A stretch of DNA of 63,212 nt, counting the filler. It is 12 parts of 12 records of this genome, joined end to end, with 100 filler letters (N's around TTAATTAATTAA, not from the genome) between each part and the next. Parts side by side here need not be neighbours in the genome. Positions count along the whole stretch, not along the records: positions 1 to 4,175 come from SRR9670534_1240; positions 4,276 to 10,182 come from SRR9670534_1244; positions 10,283 to 23,899 come from SRR9670534_1247; 9 more parts are not named here. One strand, given 5' to 3'. Numbering within the stretch: position 1 is the first letter of the stretch; each line of letters opens with the position of its first letter. Below are positions 1 to 10,885 of the stretch, piece after piece. A program made the position numbers and the translations under genes. Below the pieces are notes generated by a model. That model did not search any database and had not been told where the DNA came from. It was given only the letters and a program-made list of their open reading frames with translations.

Positions 1-43
1 TCATACGGAAAAATATATTAGCATCTATAAGCTGCATAATTTT

Positions 44-1300
44 CTAGCGAAAAATCTCTAATTGAGGATGCCGAAGGAATATTTTTTCTTCTTGGGGATA
101 ATTTTCAAACAAAGCACGCCTTGAAGGAAGAAATACCCAGGCTAAACTAATATCTTCTTCTCCCTTTTTAAATACAGTAAAAATTCTCTCATAATCCCGC
201 TTCAAATATCCCATCTCTGAGGCAACTTTTTTCACCAATTTCTTTCCAAAGCGAAAAAGTGGCATTTTCTCTTTAGCCGATGCGTGGCGAAAATTATAAT
301 CTTTTTTTAAACGATGAAGAAGAGATTGGGGGGGGATTTTCTTGAAAAAGCTTGATTTGTAGAGGTAAATGTATCCTTTATCGTAGTAAAGAAAAGATTC
401 TTTATGAAGGAAGAAGGATTTTTTTCTATTGAGTTTTTGCAAAGAGTCCTCGAAGAATTTTCGAGAAAAGCGCCAAGAAGGACAGAGAATCGAATGAATA
501 TAGCTTAAATAAAAAAGAGCAAAATCCATATTTTCCCCTTTATAATCCCAAAAAAAGAAATCTTCTTTTTGAAAAAATCTCTCCTTAATCTCTGCACGCA
601 TTAAGGCTTCTAAAAGTCGACGAGCTTGCCTTAAAATAGAAAAAGATTGGAAGATATTATCAAAGGCAAAGGGGAAATTTTCTTTAATATGAGGGCTTAT
701 TTTATTGCGAAAGCGATTTCTTAAAAAGTGATTTTCTGCATTAGAAGCATCGATGAAATACGAAAGAGAATTATTATCAAGCTCTTTGATTATGTCCTCT
801 TTAGAAAAGGAAAGAAGGGGTCTAATAAAAGGGTCACGATAAGCTTCAAAAGCACTGAGGGACCAAAATCCTTCTCCTTGGAGAAGTTTCAGAAATTGGG
901 TTTCCACAAAGTCATCTTGATGATGGGCTACGGCAATATAATCATAAGCATGCTGCTCTTTTAAATTTTTTGCTTTATCATAACGAAAGCGTCTAGCAAA
1001 ATCCTGGAAATTTCCCTTATTATCGTCGCCATTTGCTCGAAAAAAATAAGCTTTAATCGAATATTTTTGGCAAAGATTACGAAGAAAGTTTTCCTCTTTA
1101 TAAGCATCTTGTCTCTTTTGATAATTAATATGAACGAAGGAGAGGGAAAATTTTTCCTCTTTACTAAGAAGGTAAAGAGTATAAAAGAGGTACAAAGAGT
1201 CAGGCCCACCTGAGAGCATAAGGAGGATTTTTTTCTGAAAAAGAGAAATCCCCTCTTTAAGGAAGAAATTTTTTATTCTTGTCTGATGAGTGAAAAGCAC
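44..1300 (-). CDS. tilS: tRNA(Ile)-lysidine synthetase
   Basis: PP-loop SGGPDS, HINYQKR, ARRFRY, AHHQDDFVET, IRPLL and RNRFR motifs; GTG start at 1300. Confidence 0.95.
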   Translation of the reverse strand: MLFTHQTRIKNFFLKEGISLFQKKILLMLSGGPDSLYLFYTLYLLSKEEKFSLSFVHINYQKRQDAYKEENFLRNLCQKYSIKAYFFRANGDDNKGNFQDFARRFRYDKAKNLKEQHAYDYIAVAHHQDDFVETQFLKLLQGEGFWSLSAFEAYRDPFIRPLLSFSKEDIIKELDNNSLSYFIDASNAENHFLRNRFRNKISPHIKENFPFAFDNIFQSFSILRQARRLLEALMRAEIKERFFQKEDFFFWDYKGENMDFALFYLSYIHSILCPSWRFSRKFFEDSLQKLNRKKSFFLHKESFLYYDKGYIYLYKSSFFKKIPPQSLLHRLKKDYNFRHASAKEKMPLFRFGKKLVKKVASEMGYLKRDYERIFTVFKKGEEDISLAWVFLPSRRALFENYPQEEKIFLRHPQLEIFR

Positions 1301-1380
1301 AATTGTCTTCTTTTAATATTCCCAACGCCCCCAAAGAAATCCCAGTCTTTGCAAGAGGAAGAATCGATACACAATAAGGA

Positions 1381-2019
1381 TTATTCACCAGAAGCCGCAG
1401 TCTCTTCTGCTTTATCTGTTCCTTCTTCTGTGCCATCTTCTTCTGTTTTTTCTTCCATCTTCGTTTTTCGTGAGGCAAATACTGCAAATAAGGAGGTATC
1501 TTTAGCATTTAAGATTTTATGATCTTTATTTTCTAAAACAATGTCGCTCACATAAAGTCTTTGCCCAATATCAAGCGCACTGGTGTCAATAATTATTTCT
1601 TCTAAAATATCTTCTGCATTTACTTCAAGCAAGAGATCGCGAAAATAAATTTCAAATCTTCCCCCACGAAGAACGCCTTTAGGACTTCCTTCAAAGCGAA
1701 GAGGAATACGCATTTTCACTGATTCTCCCTTTTCCAAAAGCAAAAAATCCATATGCCTAACATAACGATCTTTTGTCAAAGACATATCATAACTTTTAAT
1801 GAAAGCTTTATATTCTTTTCCCTCATATTTTAATGTCCACACGGTGTTTGATTTTAAATTATCAAATTGCAAATCAAACTCCTTTTTATCGACAAAAATG
1901 GGAATACTTCCTTTACGATTGTACATTACCGCGGGAATGCGACCTTCTTTTCGGCCCTTCTTCCCAAGATTACGACCTTTTTCCCGTCTCTTTACACTTA
2001 ATACAAAATTGCTATCCAT
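1381..2019 (-). CDS. rplY: 50S ribosomal protein L25 / general stress protein Ctc (long form)
   Basis: GRIPAVMY, RHMDF, GSPKGVLRGG motifs and acidic tail. True start is ATG 2019 with GGAG RBS; the longer ORF call runs into the tRNA. Confidence 0.93.
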   Translation of the reverse strand: MDSNFVLSVKRREKGRNLGKKGRKEGRIPAVMYNRKGSIPIFVDKKEFDLQFDNLKSNTVWTLKYEGKEYKAFIKSYDMSLTKDRYVRHMDFLLLEKGESVKMRIPLRFEGSPKGVLRGGRFEIYFRDLLLEVNAEDILEEIIIDTSALDIGQRLYVSDIVLENKDHKILNAKDTSLFAVFASRKTKMEEKTEEDGTEEGTDKAEETAASGE

Positions 2020-2051
2020 AAAAAATCTCCGAAAAATATCACTAATAATTA

Positions 2052-2124
2052 CTGGGGCGGTAGGATTCGAACCTACGCATGACGAGACCAAAACCCGTTG
2101 CCTTACCAACTTGGCTACGCCCCA
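2052..2124 (-). tRNA. tRNA-Gln(UUG), CCA not encoded
   Basis: TGGGGCG/CGCCCCA acceptor stem, D arm GCCAAGTTGGTAAGGC, anticodon stem ACGGG/CTCGT with TTG, T arm GTAGGTTCGAATCCTAC. Confidence 0.96.
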
Positions 2125-2194
2125 TAGAAAAAAATTTAATACTGATTATTGTAGCATTTATTTGAAAAAAATAGTAGAATATTTACAATATTTT

Positions 2195-3337
2195 ATGAAT
2201 TCCTTAATTTTTCTTTCCCTTCTTATTCTTGTTTTTGCATTTATTATTTTCTTCCTCCTTCTAAAATCGGAAATTAAAAGCAAAATCCAAGATTTTTCTC
2301 GAAATTCTGAAAAAGAATTAGGAGAGAACTTCTCGAAATTAGAAAAAGATATGCAAGAAAATTATCAGGACATATATAAAGATCTGAGCTCTTTTAAAGA
2401 GAGTATTCACGGCTTTAGAGAAAGCATTAAAGTTTTCTTTGGAAAGGAATTTAATGAATTACGAGAGAAGATTGGCAAAGATTTTGATGCCATTAAAAAG
2501 GAATCTCGAGGAACCTTGGACGAGGTCTTTGAAAAGACCAAAGAAAGTTATGCTATTCTCATTGAACGCATTGCTAAAATAGATGAATTTCAAAAAAATA
2601 TTCACAAATTTTCCCAAGAAGTAATCTCTTTACAAGACATTTTAAAAAATGTTAAAACCCGAGGAAACCTTGGAGAAGTTCAACTTTACAAACTTCTAGA
2701 ATCCATTTTTGGTCCCCGAAATAAGAAAATCTACGAGCTTCAATATAAAGTGAAAGAAGGTGCCATTATTGACGCAGCGATTTTCTTTCCGCCTCCGTTA
2801 AATACGGTGGGAATTGACGCCAAATTTCCCCTAGATCCTTACAAGAGAATTACAGAAAAAGGAGTTCCTGCAAAGGAAAAAGAAGAATATACCAAGCAAT
2901 TTGTCAGGGATATTAAAAACAATATGAAATCTCTTCACGAAAAATATATGCAAGGAGAAGAGGCCCTATCTCAAATTGTCATGTTCATCCCTTCTGAATC
3001 CATTTTTTCCTTCCTCGGTGCAGAATTTCCTCAATTAATTGAAGAAGGAATAAGAAAGCGCATATGGCCCTGTTCTCCTTCTACTTTTGGTGTTATTTTA
3101 CAAAATCTCTACCTAAGTCATGTCACTATCCGCCAAGGAGAACAAGTGAGATTAATGCAAAAACATCTCTTTGCTTTAGGAGAGGATTTTAAAAGACACG
3201 AAGAACGTTGGGAACGCCTTAGTAGACACATTAGTTCGGCGCAAAAAGATGTCGAAGACATTAATATTTCTGCAAAAAAAATTAGAAATAGATTTCAAAC
3301 AATTTCAAAAGTGGAATTGGAAGCAAAAGAAGATTAA
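2195..3337 (+). CDS. rmuC: DNA recombination protein RmuC
   Basis: N-terminal TM helix, coiled coil, KTRGNLGEVQL, IDAKFP, MFIPSE, SPST motifs; likely start MNSLIF at 2195. Confidence 0.92.
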   Translation: MNSLIFLSLLILVFAFIIFFLLLKSEIKSKIQDFSRNSEKELGENFSKLEKDMQENYQDIYKDLSSFKESIHGFRESIKVFFGKEFNELREKIGKDFDAIKKESRGTLDEVFEKTKESYAILIERIAKIDEFQKNIHKFSQEVISLQDILKNVKTRGNLGEVQLYKLLESIFGPRNKKIYELQYKVKEGAIIDAAIFFPPPLNTVGIDAKFPLDPYKRITEKGVPAKEKEEYTKQFVRDIKNNMKSLHEKYMQGEEALSQIVMFIPSESIFSFLGAEFPQLIEEGIRKRIWPCSPSTFGVILQNLYLSHVTIRQGEQVRLMQKHLFALGEDFKRHEERWERLSRHISSAQKDVEDINISAKKIRNRFQTISKVELEAKED

Positions 3338-3972
3338 TCCTTTTTTTTCTCATTTTTCTCATAAACTTCACGAAAAGCTCGCCAATGTTCAAGATAAAGT
3401 ATTCCCTTTATTTGCAACGCTTTTTTCTGATTATTCAAAAAGACATAAAAAAGCAAAAAAGGAAAGGCAACAACAAGACCTGTCTGAGTTGTTAAAAGGG
3501 CCTCTGAGATACCTCCTGATAGAAGAAAGGGATTACTTGTTCCAAAGGTGGAAATCACATCAAATGTCGTAATAAGTCCATTAATCGTCCCCAAAAGCCC
3601 CAATAAAGGCGCAACCATAGAAAAAATCTTAATATAACCCAATTTCTCATCAACCGTATCAAAATATTTATGATTTACGCTATCAAAAAGCTTCTCCATA
3701 GAATTAATGGAAGTATAAGAGTGCTCACTAATTACCCGAACAACATCTTCACAATAAATCCCTTTTTTAAATCCTGCAGAAGGAGGAATAGGATTTTTAA
3801 TGATTTTTTCAAAAGCTTCTACACTAAATTGAGGATAGGCCCATTGTTTTTTAAAAAAATAAAGGAGAAGGAAAATATAATACCAGCCAAAAAGACCGAT
3901 GAAAAAAAGAGGATAAAAGACAAATCCCATATTAAAGGAGACTTCATAAACAACTTCAATAAAATTAATCAT
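3334..3972 (-). CDS. MotA/TolQ/ExbB proton-channel family protein
   Basis: APLLGLLGTINGLI and GISEALLTTQTGLVVAFP signatures. Confidence 0.92.
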   Translation of the reverse strand: MINFIEVVYEVSFNMGFVFYPLFFIGLFGWYYIFLLLYFFKKQWAYPQFSVEAFEKIIKNPIPPSAGFKKGIYCEDVVRVISEHSYTSINSMEKLFDSVNHKYFDTVDEKLGYIKIFSMVAPLLGLLGTINGLITTFDVISTFGTSNPFLLSGGISEALLTTQTGLVVAFPFLLFYVFLNNQKKALQIKGILYLEHWRAFREVYEKNEKKKD

Positions 3973-4008
3973 CTCTTTTCCTTTTTATTTTCCTTTTCCT
4001 AAAAACTT

Positions 4009-4175
4009 TTATTTTTTCTTTTTTCTATTCGCATAAATGACATTGAGAAAGCGATAAAGAGAAAGTTCCATTTTTTCCACAATATTTAATCTCAGACGCA
4101 CAATAAAGTGATGCAAAAATATTGTAGGAATAGCAATCGCTAAGCCAGCTTGTGTCGTTACAAGGGCAACGGAGA
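4009..4175 (-). CDS. Second MotA/TolQ/ExbB family protein, C-terminal fragment (contig end)
   Basis: Reverse strand reads SVALVTTQAGLAIAIPTIFLHHF...NRKKKK*, the last TM helix of the family. Confidence 0.85.
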
Positions 4176-4275
4176 NNNNNNNNNNNNNNNNNNNNNNNNN
4201 NNNNNNNNNNNNNNNNNNNTTAATTAATTAANNNNNNNNNNNNNNNNNNNNNNNNNNNNNNNNNNNNNNNNNNNN
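4176..4275. other. Artificial contig spacer (N-run, TTAATTAATTAA, N-run). Identical spacers at 10183-10282, 23900-23999, 33110-33209, 38162-38261, 40578-40677, 44927-45026, 51121-51220, 54509-54608, 58607-58706, 61039-61138
   Basis: Eleven identical 100-nt blocks carrying a six-frame stop linker; composition and gene content change across them. Confidence 0.99.
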
Positions 4276-5330
4276 CTTCATAAGGTCACAGGTCTTGCTG
4301 TGACAATAATATATTGGAGTATAGTTGAACTAAATACTATAATAATATATCATTTCAATAATTATTAATGTTTTAAAAAATTAAATTATGGTAATGGTTT
4401 ACGTAATATTGCGTAATATTCTTTTTTTACTTTATTTAATCTTTAAGTCAATATTATGCAAAATTTAGGGTATTACTAATTTAGTAAATATTACTTTTTA
4501 TATCATAAAACACAATAATATAATTAATTTTGAGAAATATTATTATGCCTACATATTTATCACTCTTATTATTAATAATATTATAATTAATTATTATGAT
4601 AAATATGTATTTTCAAATAGATATTGCATAAATTTTCATATATGGAGCAATAAAAAAGTAATTAATCTGTTGTTTATATAACACTACATAATATTAATAT
4701 TCAGGTTAAATTTTTAAGTGAATAATATATGTAATTATAAGCAGATATTATGTAACAATAAATTTTAATCAATATTATGCCAATTACATAATATAATAGT
4801 TTATTGACATATGTAATAATTAATAAATGTATGCCAAACTAATATTGTGCAGCGGCGGTCCTGATAATAAAAGCAAAAACACATATTAAGACACATATAA
4901 AGACATATATTTTTATTCCGAATAAAAACGAAAAACGCTATTGTGTAACATATGTTTGCATAAATATCAGTAGAATAAGCAAAGTATCTGATTATTAATT
5001 GATAAATATGATACGATCTTACAGAAAAATTTAGAGAAATATGAGCTTAATTATACTGCAATAGTATAATCGTTGCGGTATAAAATTTAAGAAAGAACTT
5101 TTGGAACAGAATGAACCAAATGTCGGTAATCAAATGCTTTTGTAAAAAATTGAAATGCTTATCAACTTGATAATATCAAGCTTTATTAATTGGGTGCACT
5201 CAATTTGATACCTATATTATGAAAAACACAATACAATACATTTTGAAACACAACGCGATTTTTATGCTTATTATATAATTATGTCAAATGAAAAGAAAAT
5301 GTAACACTTATTAGTAATAAATTGTTATAA

Positions 5331-6802
5331 TTAAGGGATTGAATATGCATCACAGTTATCCATGAAGTTACCAAAATCGCAACCGTATTCAGCTTGATTT
5401 CCCGCCAGACAAATCCCTTTGGTATAATTAACATCCAAATTAAAATTGCTAATGGCCAGTATTTCGAATATATCATCTGCACTGATGTCTTTCTTTGAAC
5501 TTGAAAAGATCCTTCCATCTAAATGTATATCTTTCTTATATTATATTTACTAGTAAATATAATAATTGCAAATATGCCAATAATTGTGTCAAAATACACC
5601 TATTTAATCATTATCTATAACTTACTGCTTTTATTAGTAATTCTTTCAATGACTATATCATTATCAGTGCCTTCTACAACATAATCTGTTGTACAATCAC
5701 CAAATGAAACAATTAGAGACTCTCTCTGATCATCCATCAAACATATAACCTCTTTGATATCTTTAACCAAAACTTCTTCAGGAACAGCAATACTCCATAT
5801 CAATATATGTTTTATTTTTCCAATAAAATAATTATTGGAGGGTGACACTATCCCATCATAGGGAGGCCCAGAATGCCCCTGTCCTGATGTAAACACAGTG
5901 TCACTAGGCAAATTATAGCCAGCTATAAACTTGGATGTTTGTATAACAATATCATTGTTATGTATTAGTGTGAAATTTCCAGTCGTTCCATCATAGGATG
6001 TGCAAATTTTATGCCAATACCCCTTTGATGGTGTATCTATTTGTTTTTGTTCATTAATTCTTACACTGTCAACTGTCACTATGATCAGCATGGTATCTTC
6101 ATATAGTGCCTTTACCTTAAGTTGTATTGGGTAAAGTGGGTAACTGTTTACCACATTTGAATCAGAAATACTAAGTAGGTCAGAATCTCGCGTGTCATAG
6201 AAAAACTCACTGCAGACTGTAAAGGCAACAATCCCTTCTGGAACTTGCCCTGAAATGCTGATTCTTGAATCTTCTCTTTTGTAAAAGGTAGCTTCTTCAG
6301 AGCACTTCTCTGGAACTTCAGAACCTACCAAGACAATTGCGATACATGTACATTCATTCATTTAAACGTCTTTTTAATAGATTATTTTTTCTAAATAATA
6401 TTGAATATTTCTGATAGTTCAGATGAATCACAATTTAATAAATAATGTTGACGCTAAAGTTTAGGGTTTAATACAAAGCTAATTTTTAGCAATAATACAA
6501 TAATATTATTGTATAATCAGCATATATAGGTTATAATTGCAGTTCCTAGCGGAACCGCCTTGTTTATGATGTAAAATAATGTAGATTAAGTATATCTAAA
6601 ATTTCCTGATAAATACTCATTGAGTAATTTAATAACATATAAAAAATATTCCATACTTCAATGTGATAATGATAGTAGAGATAGTAGAGGTAGCGTTTTA
6701 AGAAATTAATGTCCATTTGCACAAGAGATACTTAACCTCACCTTTGATAGATAAAACCAACCACATTGCTCCCAGAAACAACAATTTCCAAACATGCAAC
6801 AT
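5331..6802 (-). CDS. Secreted pentraxin/LamG-like domain protein, 3 exons (6802-6742, 6324-5626, 5518-5331)
   Basis: Exon 1 is a signal peptide (MLHVWKLLFLGAMWLVLSIKG). Exon 2 has AFTVC, WHKICTSYD, GQ and FIGKIKHILIW pentraxin-like motifs. GT-AG junctions are phase-consistent. Confidence 0.75.
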
Positions 6803-9800
6803 TTTGTTCAAAAATTATTGGGAATTTGTGTTTACATGGGATGATGGTAGTAAAATATTGTTCAATAGGTGCTGGTCAGTGGAATTATATCTTATATTAT
6901 CATGGTATTCATGTGATTGCTATAGAAACGGTGCAAGATCTTTGATGTTTTTGCGGAGGTGTGCAAAACAAAGTTTTTGCGGAGGTTTTCAAAACAAAGA
7001 ACATTTGCTTGCAAATTCTCCTCTTTTAATTAATTACAGGTAAAGGCATGATAACACATATTTTATATCTTTCTCTTTTAATCGATTATCGATTCGAGAA
7101 GGCAGCTTCAACCATATTTTAGGTAATAATAGTTTTGCCTGGGAAACAGTTAAAATCATAATAAAAACCCTAGTAAAATTTGCAAAAGCAATAATTACAA
7201 TATTGGTACATAGTTTTAATTAACGAGAACTTTTTTTCTATTTAATAGTAAATTGGTAGGTTATTATTTTACATATAAATTATGTATAGTACATATAATA
7301 TATTTAATTATTTTAAAATAAATATTAAATAAAACGAAATGTTAACTAAATATTAATTTAACATGTTAAGGACCTTACTAATATTATTAATAATAAACGT
7401 ACGTTCATCGTTATTAAATTATTAAATATTATAATATTAATAATTATTAATAATTTAAATGTTAAATGTTAACATATATTATTAATAAATATTATATTAA
7501 GCATACAATTTCATTATAATGTACAAGAGAAGGTCATGACATAGCAATGAGTGTATACATAAATAGTATGGAAATAATAACATCAATCACATGTGTGTCA
7601 ATATCTTAATAGGCCTATATAATAAGTATGTATGCTCCCTCTGCTGCTCACGAATTTTAATAAGTATATATGTAAAACATGTATGCAAAACGTTTCTGTA
7701 TTACATTTTTTACTACTACAATCCACAATATCATATTGTGCAATGCAATATTGCATTTGTCCACAGCCTATTTGCCATGGATGGAATATTCTACTTCTTT
7801 TATTAAAGACACAAATAAATAATAACATAAATGATAACGTAATGTGGAAGGCAAATCAGGTGAGAACATATAATTACGATTGTATGTATTACATATAGTC
7901 GTAGTTACTTGCTTTTACTTTATTTGCTTTCCACTTTCTCTTATCGTTTATGTATCATAATCCCATGACTTTTCAATAATGCCTGTTTCTGTTTTTTTCT
8001 TGCCTTATTGCAAAGTTTATTTAGTTTTTATTGATAGACTTGATTTTGTATATGCAGTACCATAAAATGTGTAGGACTATGAATATTTACTGTATTTCAT
8101 TTTATTCATCAATAATAATTATTGTGAACCAGATAATATATGCTATATTTGGTACATATGTCAATAACATTAATAATAATAATTTCAAACTTTTGGAGAA
8201 GGTTTTGTTGAACGATCCAAATTGCGTCATTTCTTTGCATGATGGAAGCTGTGGTCCCAATAGAATTACTTATAGCGCTATTCATCTTAAATGGTTTAAG
8301 GTGTAAGTGGTTTTTATATAAGCTCAGCAACATTTTGTAAACGTATGCAGTGCTATATAATTTGTTCAAAAACTCTAAACATAATCCTCACAAAAATACA
8401 TTTAAATTTTATTAAATAATTTAAATTTTAATTATTAAATGCATTTAATTATTAAATTTAAATTTATAAATTTTTTTTAACTATTTAATACATTTAAATT
8501 TTATTGAATAACATTTCATTTCCGACGATTCGTACATTCTAGACTGTATAGCTTATTAATGAGCTAGTCTTTCAAAGATCACAAAATTAAAATATAATTA
8601 TTTACAACAAGAGAGCATTTGTGGTATAATCACATGACTAATCAATCCGTTTGACTCATCTATTCACATAAGATATTATAAGTTTATTAATAGTAGCATA
8701 TGTACTATAATATTTTGTTCTTTTAGTACATTTGAAATCCGTTATGCATTTCTAACCTTTCGACCTAAGTTTCATACTTTGCGTAGTAGTTTTGAAAAAA
8801 AAATAAGAATTAAATATTTGATAAAGAAAGATTATAACCTTATAATTCTACATAATTAGAATATATTTTTACAAAATTAATAATATGCGATGTGCTATGT
8901 AATATTAGGCATTACTAAAACCTTATTATTAATAATATCATTATGTGATTCGAATTTATCTGTTTTAATAAACAAATACCTGTTAAACAGGTCATCTTTT
9001 ACATACCTGTTCACTGAATGTGGCACATAGGAAGATAACAATATGTGTTGTTTTGCTGGCTCAATTATAAACACTTACCTGTTTCCAAGTCGATGATGAT
9101 AATGACAAATAATGCTAAATTAATAACTATTTTTTAAACCAATTGCCTTTATTGCCTTCTAATGTAGGTAGCAAACTCTAACAATCATAGTTATTATTAT
9201 CAGCTATAAGTTATGACTTACAACTTTTACAAAAGTTAACAGCACACCTGAATGCTGGAATGTATATTGCAATTTCATTAGTAATAATAAGAATTATGAT
9301 TATTTTTAATAAGTTATTCTTAATGAGAATTTCTCATTAGTCTGCTAAGCTACTACAACATTTAATTCTACACATGTTGTTAGTTCTTCAATAATTTTTT
9401 CATGTATCATACATAGTAACTAAGTTGTCATTACTGTGTTAGTGTTGTAACAGTAGCCTTTGTCATAAATTTCCTATTGTTATACATAGCATAGGTTATT
9501 GAATTCATTGAATAGGTTATTGCATTCATCTTGTTTACAGTATGCTTATTGTCAACTATGACTATATATTATTAGTGATTACTATTAAAATAAATTGTAC
9601 CATTATTATCTATTATATATTATTAGCTGTTGTGCATATTATGTACTACATAGAATAATATTATTAATAATAAGCAAGGCTACAAAAGTTCTTAGATACA
9701 CATAAGATTGTATATATAATAACTAATAGTTATAACTAATGATGTCAGTTCTTAGTAAAAAAAGTTATAATTATTACTCTTTTTAAATAGATTTGAAGAC

Positions 9801-10155
9801 TACACTTGCAACAACATCACAAGTACCAACGACAACTGCAGGTCAAATATGAAAGCTATAATATACCACCTGCTGTATACTATAATATAATTATGGTAAT
9901 ATTGCATAGCATAGTTTGCTTTGCATTCTATGGTATTTCAAATAAATCATAATGTTTGCAGTGTTCATTGTTAATACTAAAAATAATTTTTTAATGTCAA
10001 GTTAATAACATTGTAATAAATATGTAGTACAATTTTATTAATTTTACATTAAAATATTATTAGTAAACGAAATTAGTAAAGAAAATAAGCATAATAAATT
10101 TTTATTAATAATAGTGTACTTATCAGTAAAAATGATCAAAAATAACATTTGCAGA

Positions 10156-10182
10156 CATATATATATATATATATATATATAT
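10156..10182. repeat. (TA)n microsatellite at contig end
   Basis: Direct sequence. Confidence 0.9.
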
Positions 10183-10885
10183 NNNNNNNNNNNNNNNNNN
10201 NNNNNNNNNNNNNNNNNNNNNNNNNNTTAATTAATTAANNNNNNNNNNNNNNNNNNNNNNNNNNNNNNNNNNNNNNNNNNNNTAGGTAGGTAGTACCTAC
10301 TAGGTACTTATTTAATAAGTCTTATTATGTATTAATAATAAACGTGTAGTACGTTACTATGTACTATGTACTGGCTAATAAGTATGTAGAAAATTTGTAC
10401 TAGAAATGTAATTGGGGCTCTACCTAAGGATGCGATGAGTCATCACTGTGAGTTACTAATTAGTGTACCTTAATTGTTGTCTAATCATTAGACTCTAATG
10501 AAATCTGTTGTAACTGTTTCATTAGGTATGAAATCTGACTTGTTGAATTTGTTAGATATGTACTAATGAATTTGTTTTCAGCAATAAATTACATATATGT
10601 ATTGAACTTATTGTTATGAAATCATGATATTCTAGGAATGGAACAGTTTTTTGACGAAAAGTAAAATGATATGGTACAACTGAACATTTTGCCGTTACGA
10701 CCGAAATCACGCTTACAAAATATTTTCATGTTTTGAATTTTATGGTTTATGAAGTTGCCCTATGTTAGATAGAAATCTAAATGCTGACTTAATGAATAAA
10801 TGGTTACTGAATAACAAATAGTCTTTGTTGTTGTTGTTATTAATGCTACTAATTCAAGATTAATTAATACTGAAGTTTCAAGATA

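Noticed and set aside
1-37. Start of a gene after tilS (MQLIDANIFFRM, PIN/5'-nuclease-like)
   Set aside because: Only 12 codons are visible; cannot be assigned
2020-2109. N-terminal extension of the L25 ORF
   Set aside because: Translates the tRNA gene; the RBS supports ATG 2019
1799-2194. 132-aa N-terminal extension of the RmuC ORF
   Set aside because: Antisense to rplY and tRNA-Gln; the RmuC TM anchor starts at ATG 2195
4176-4275. Bacteria-to-animal horizontal transfer junction, or biological TTAATTAATTAA repeats
   Set aside because: Artificial linker repeated identically between contigs; adjacency carries no biological meaning
6945-9841. Possible plus-strand gene with small exons (8201-8302, Thr-rich 9791-9841) and a 26-bp direct repeat near 6948-6998
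   Set aside because: Fragments could not be joined into a supported model
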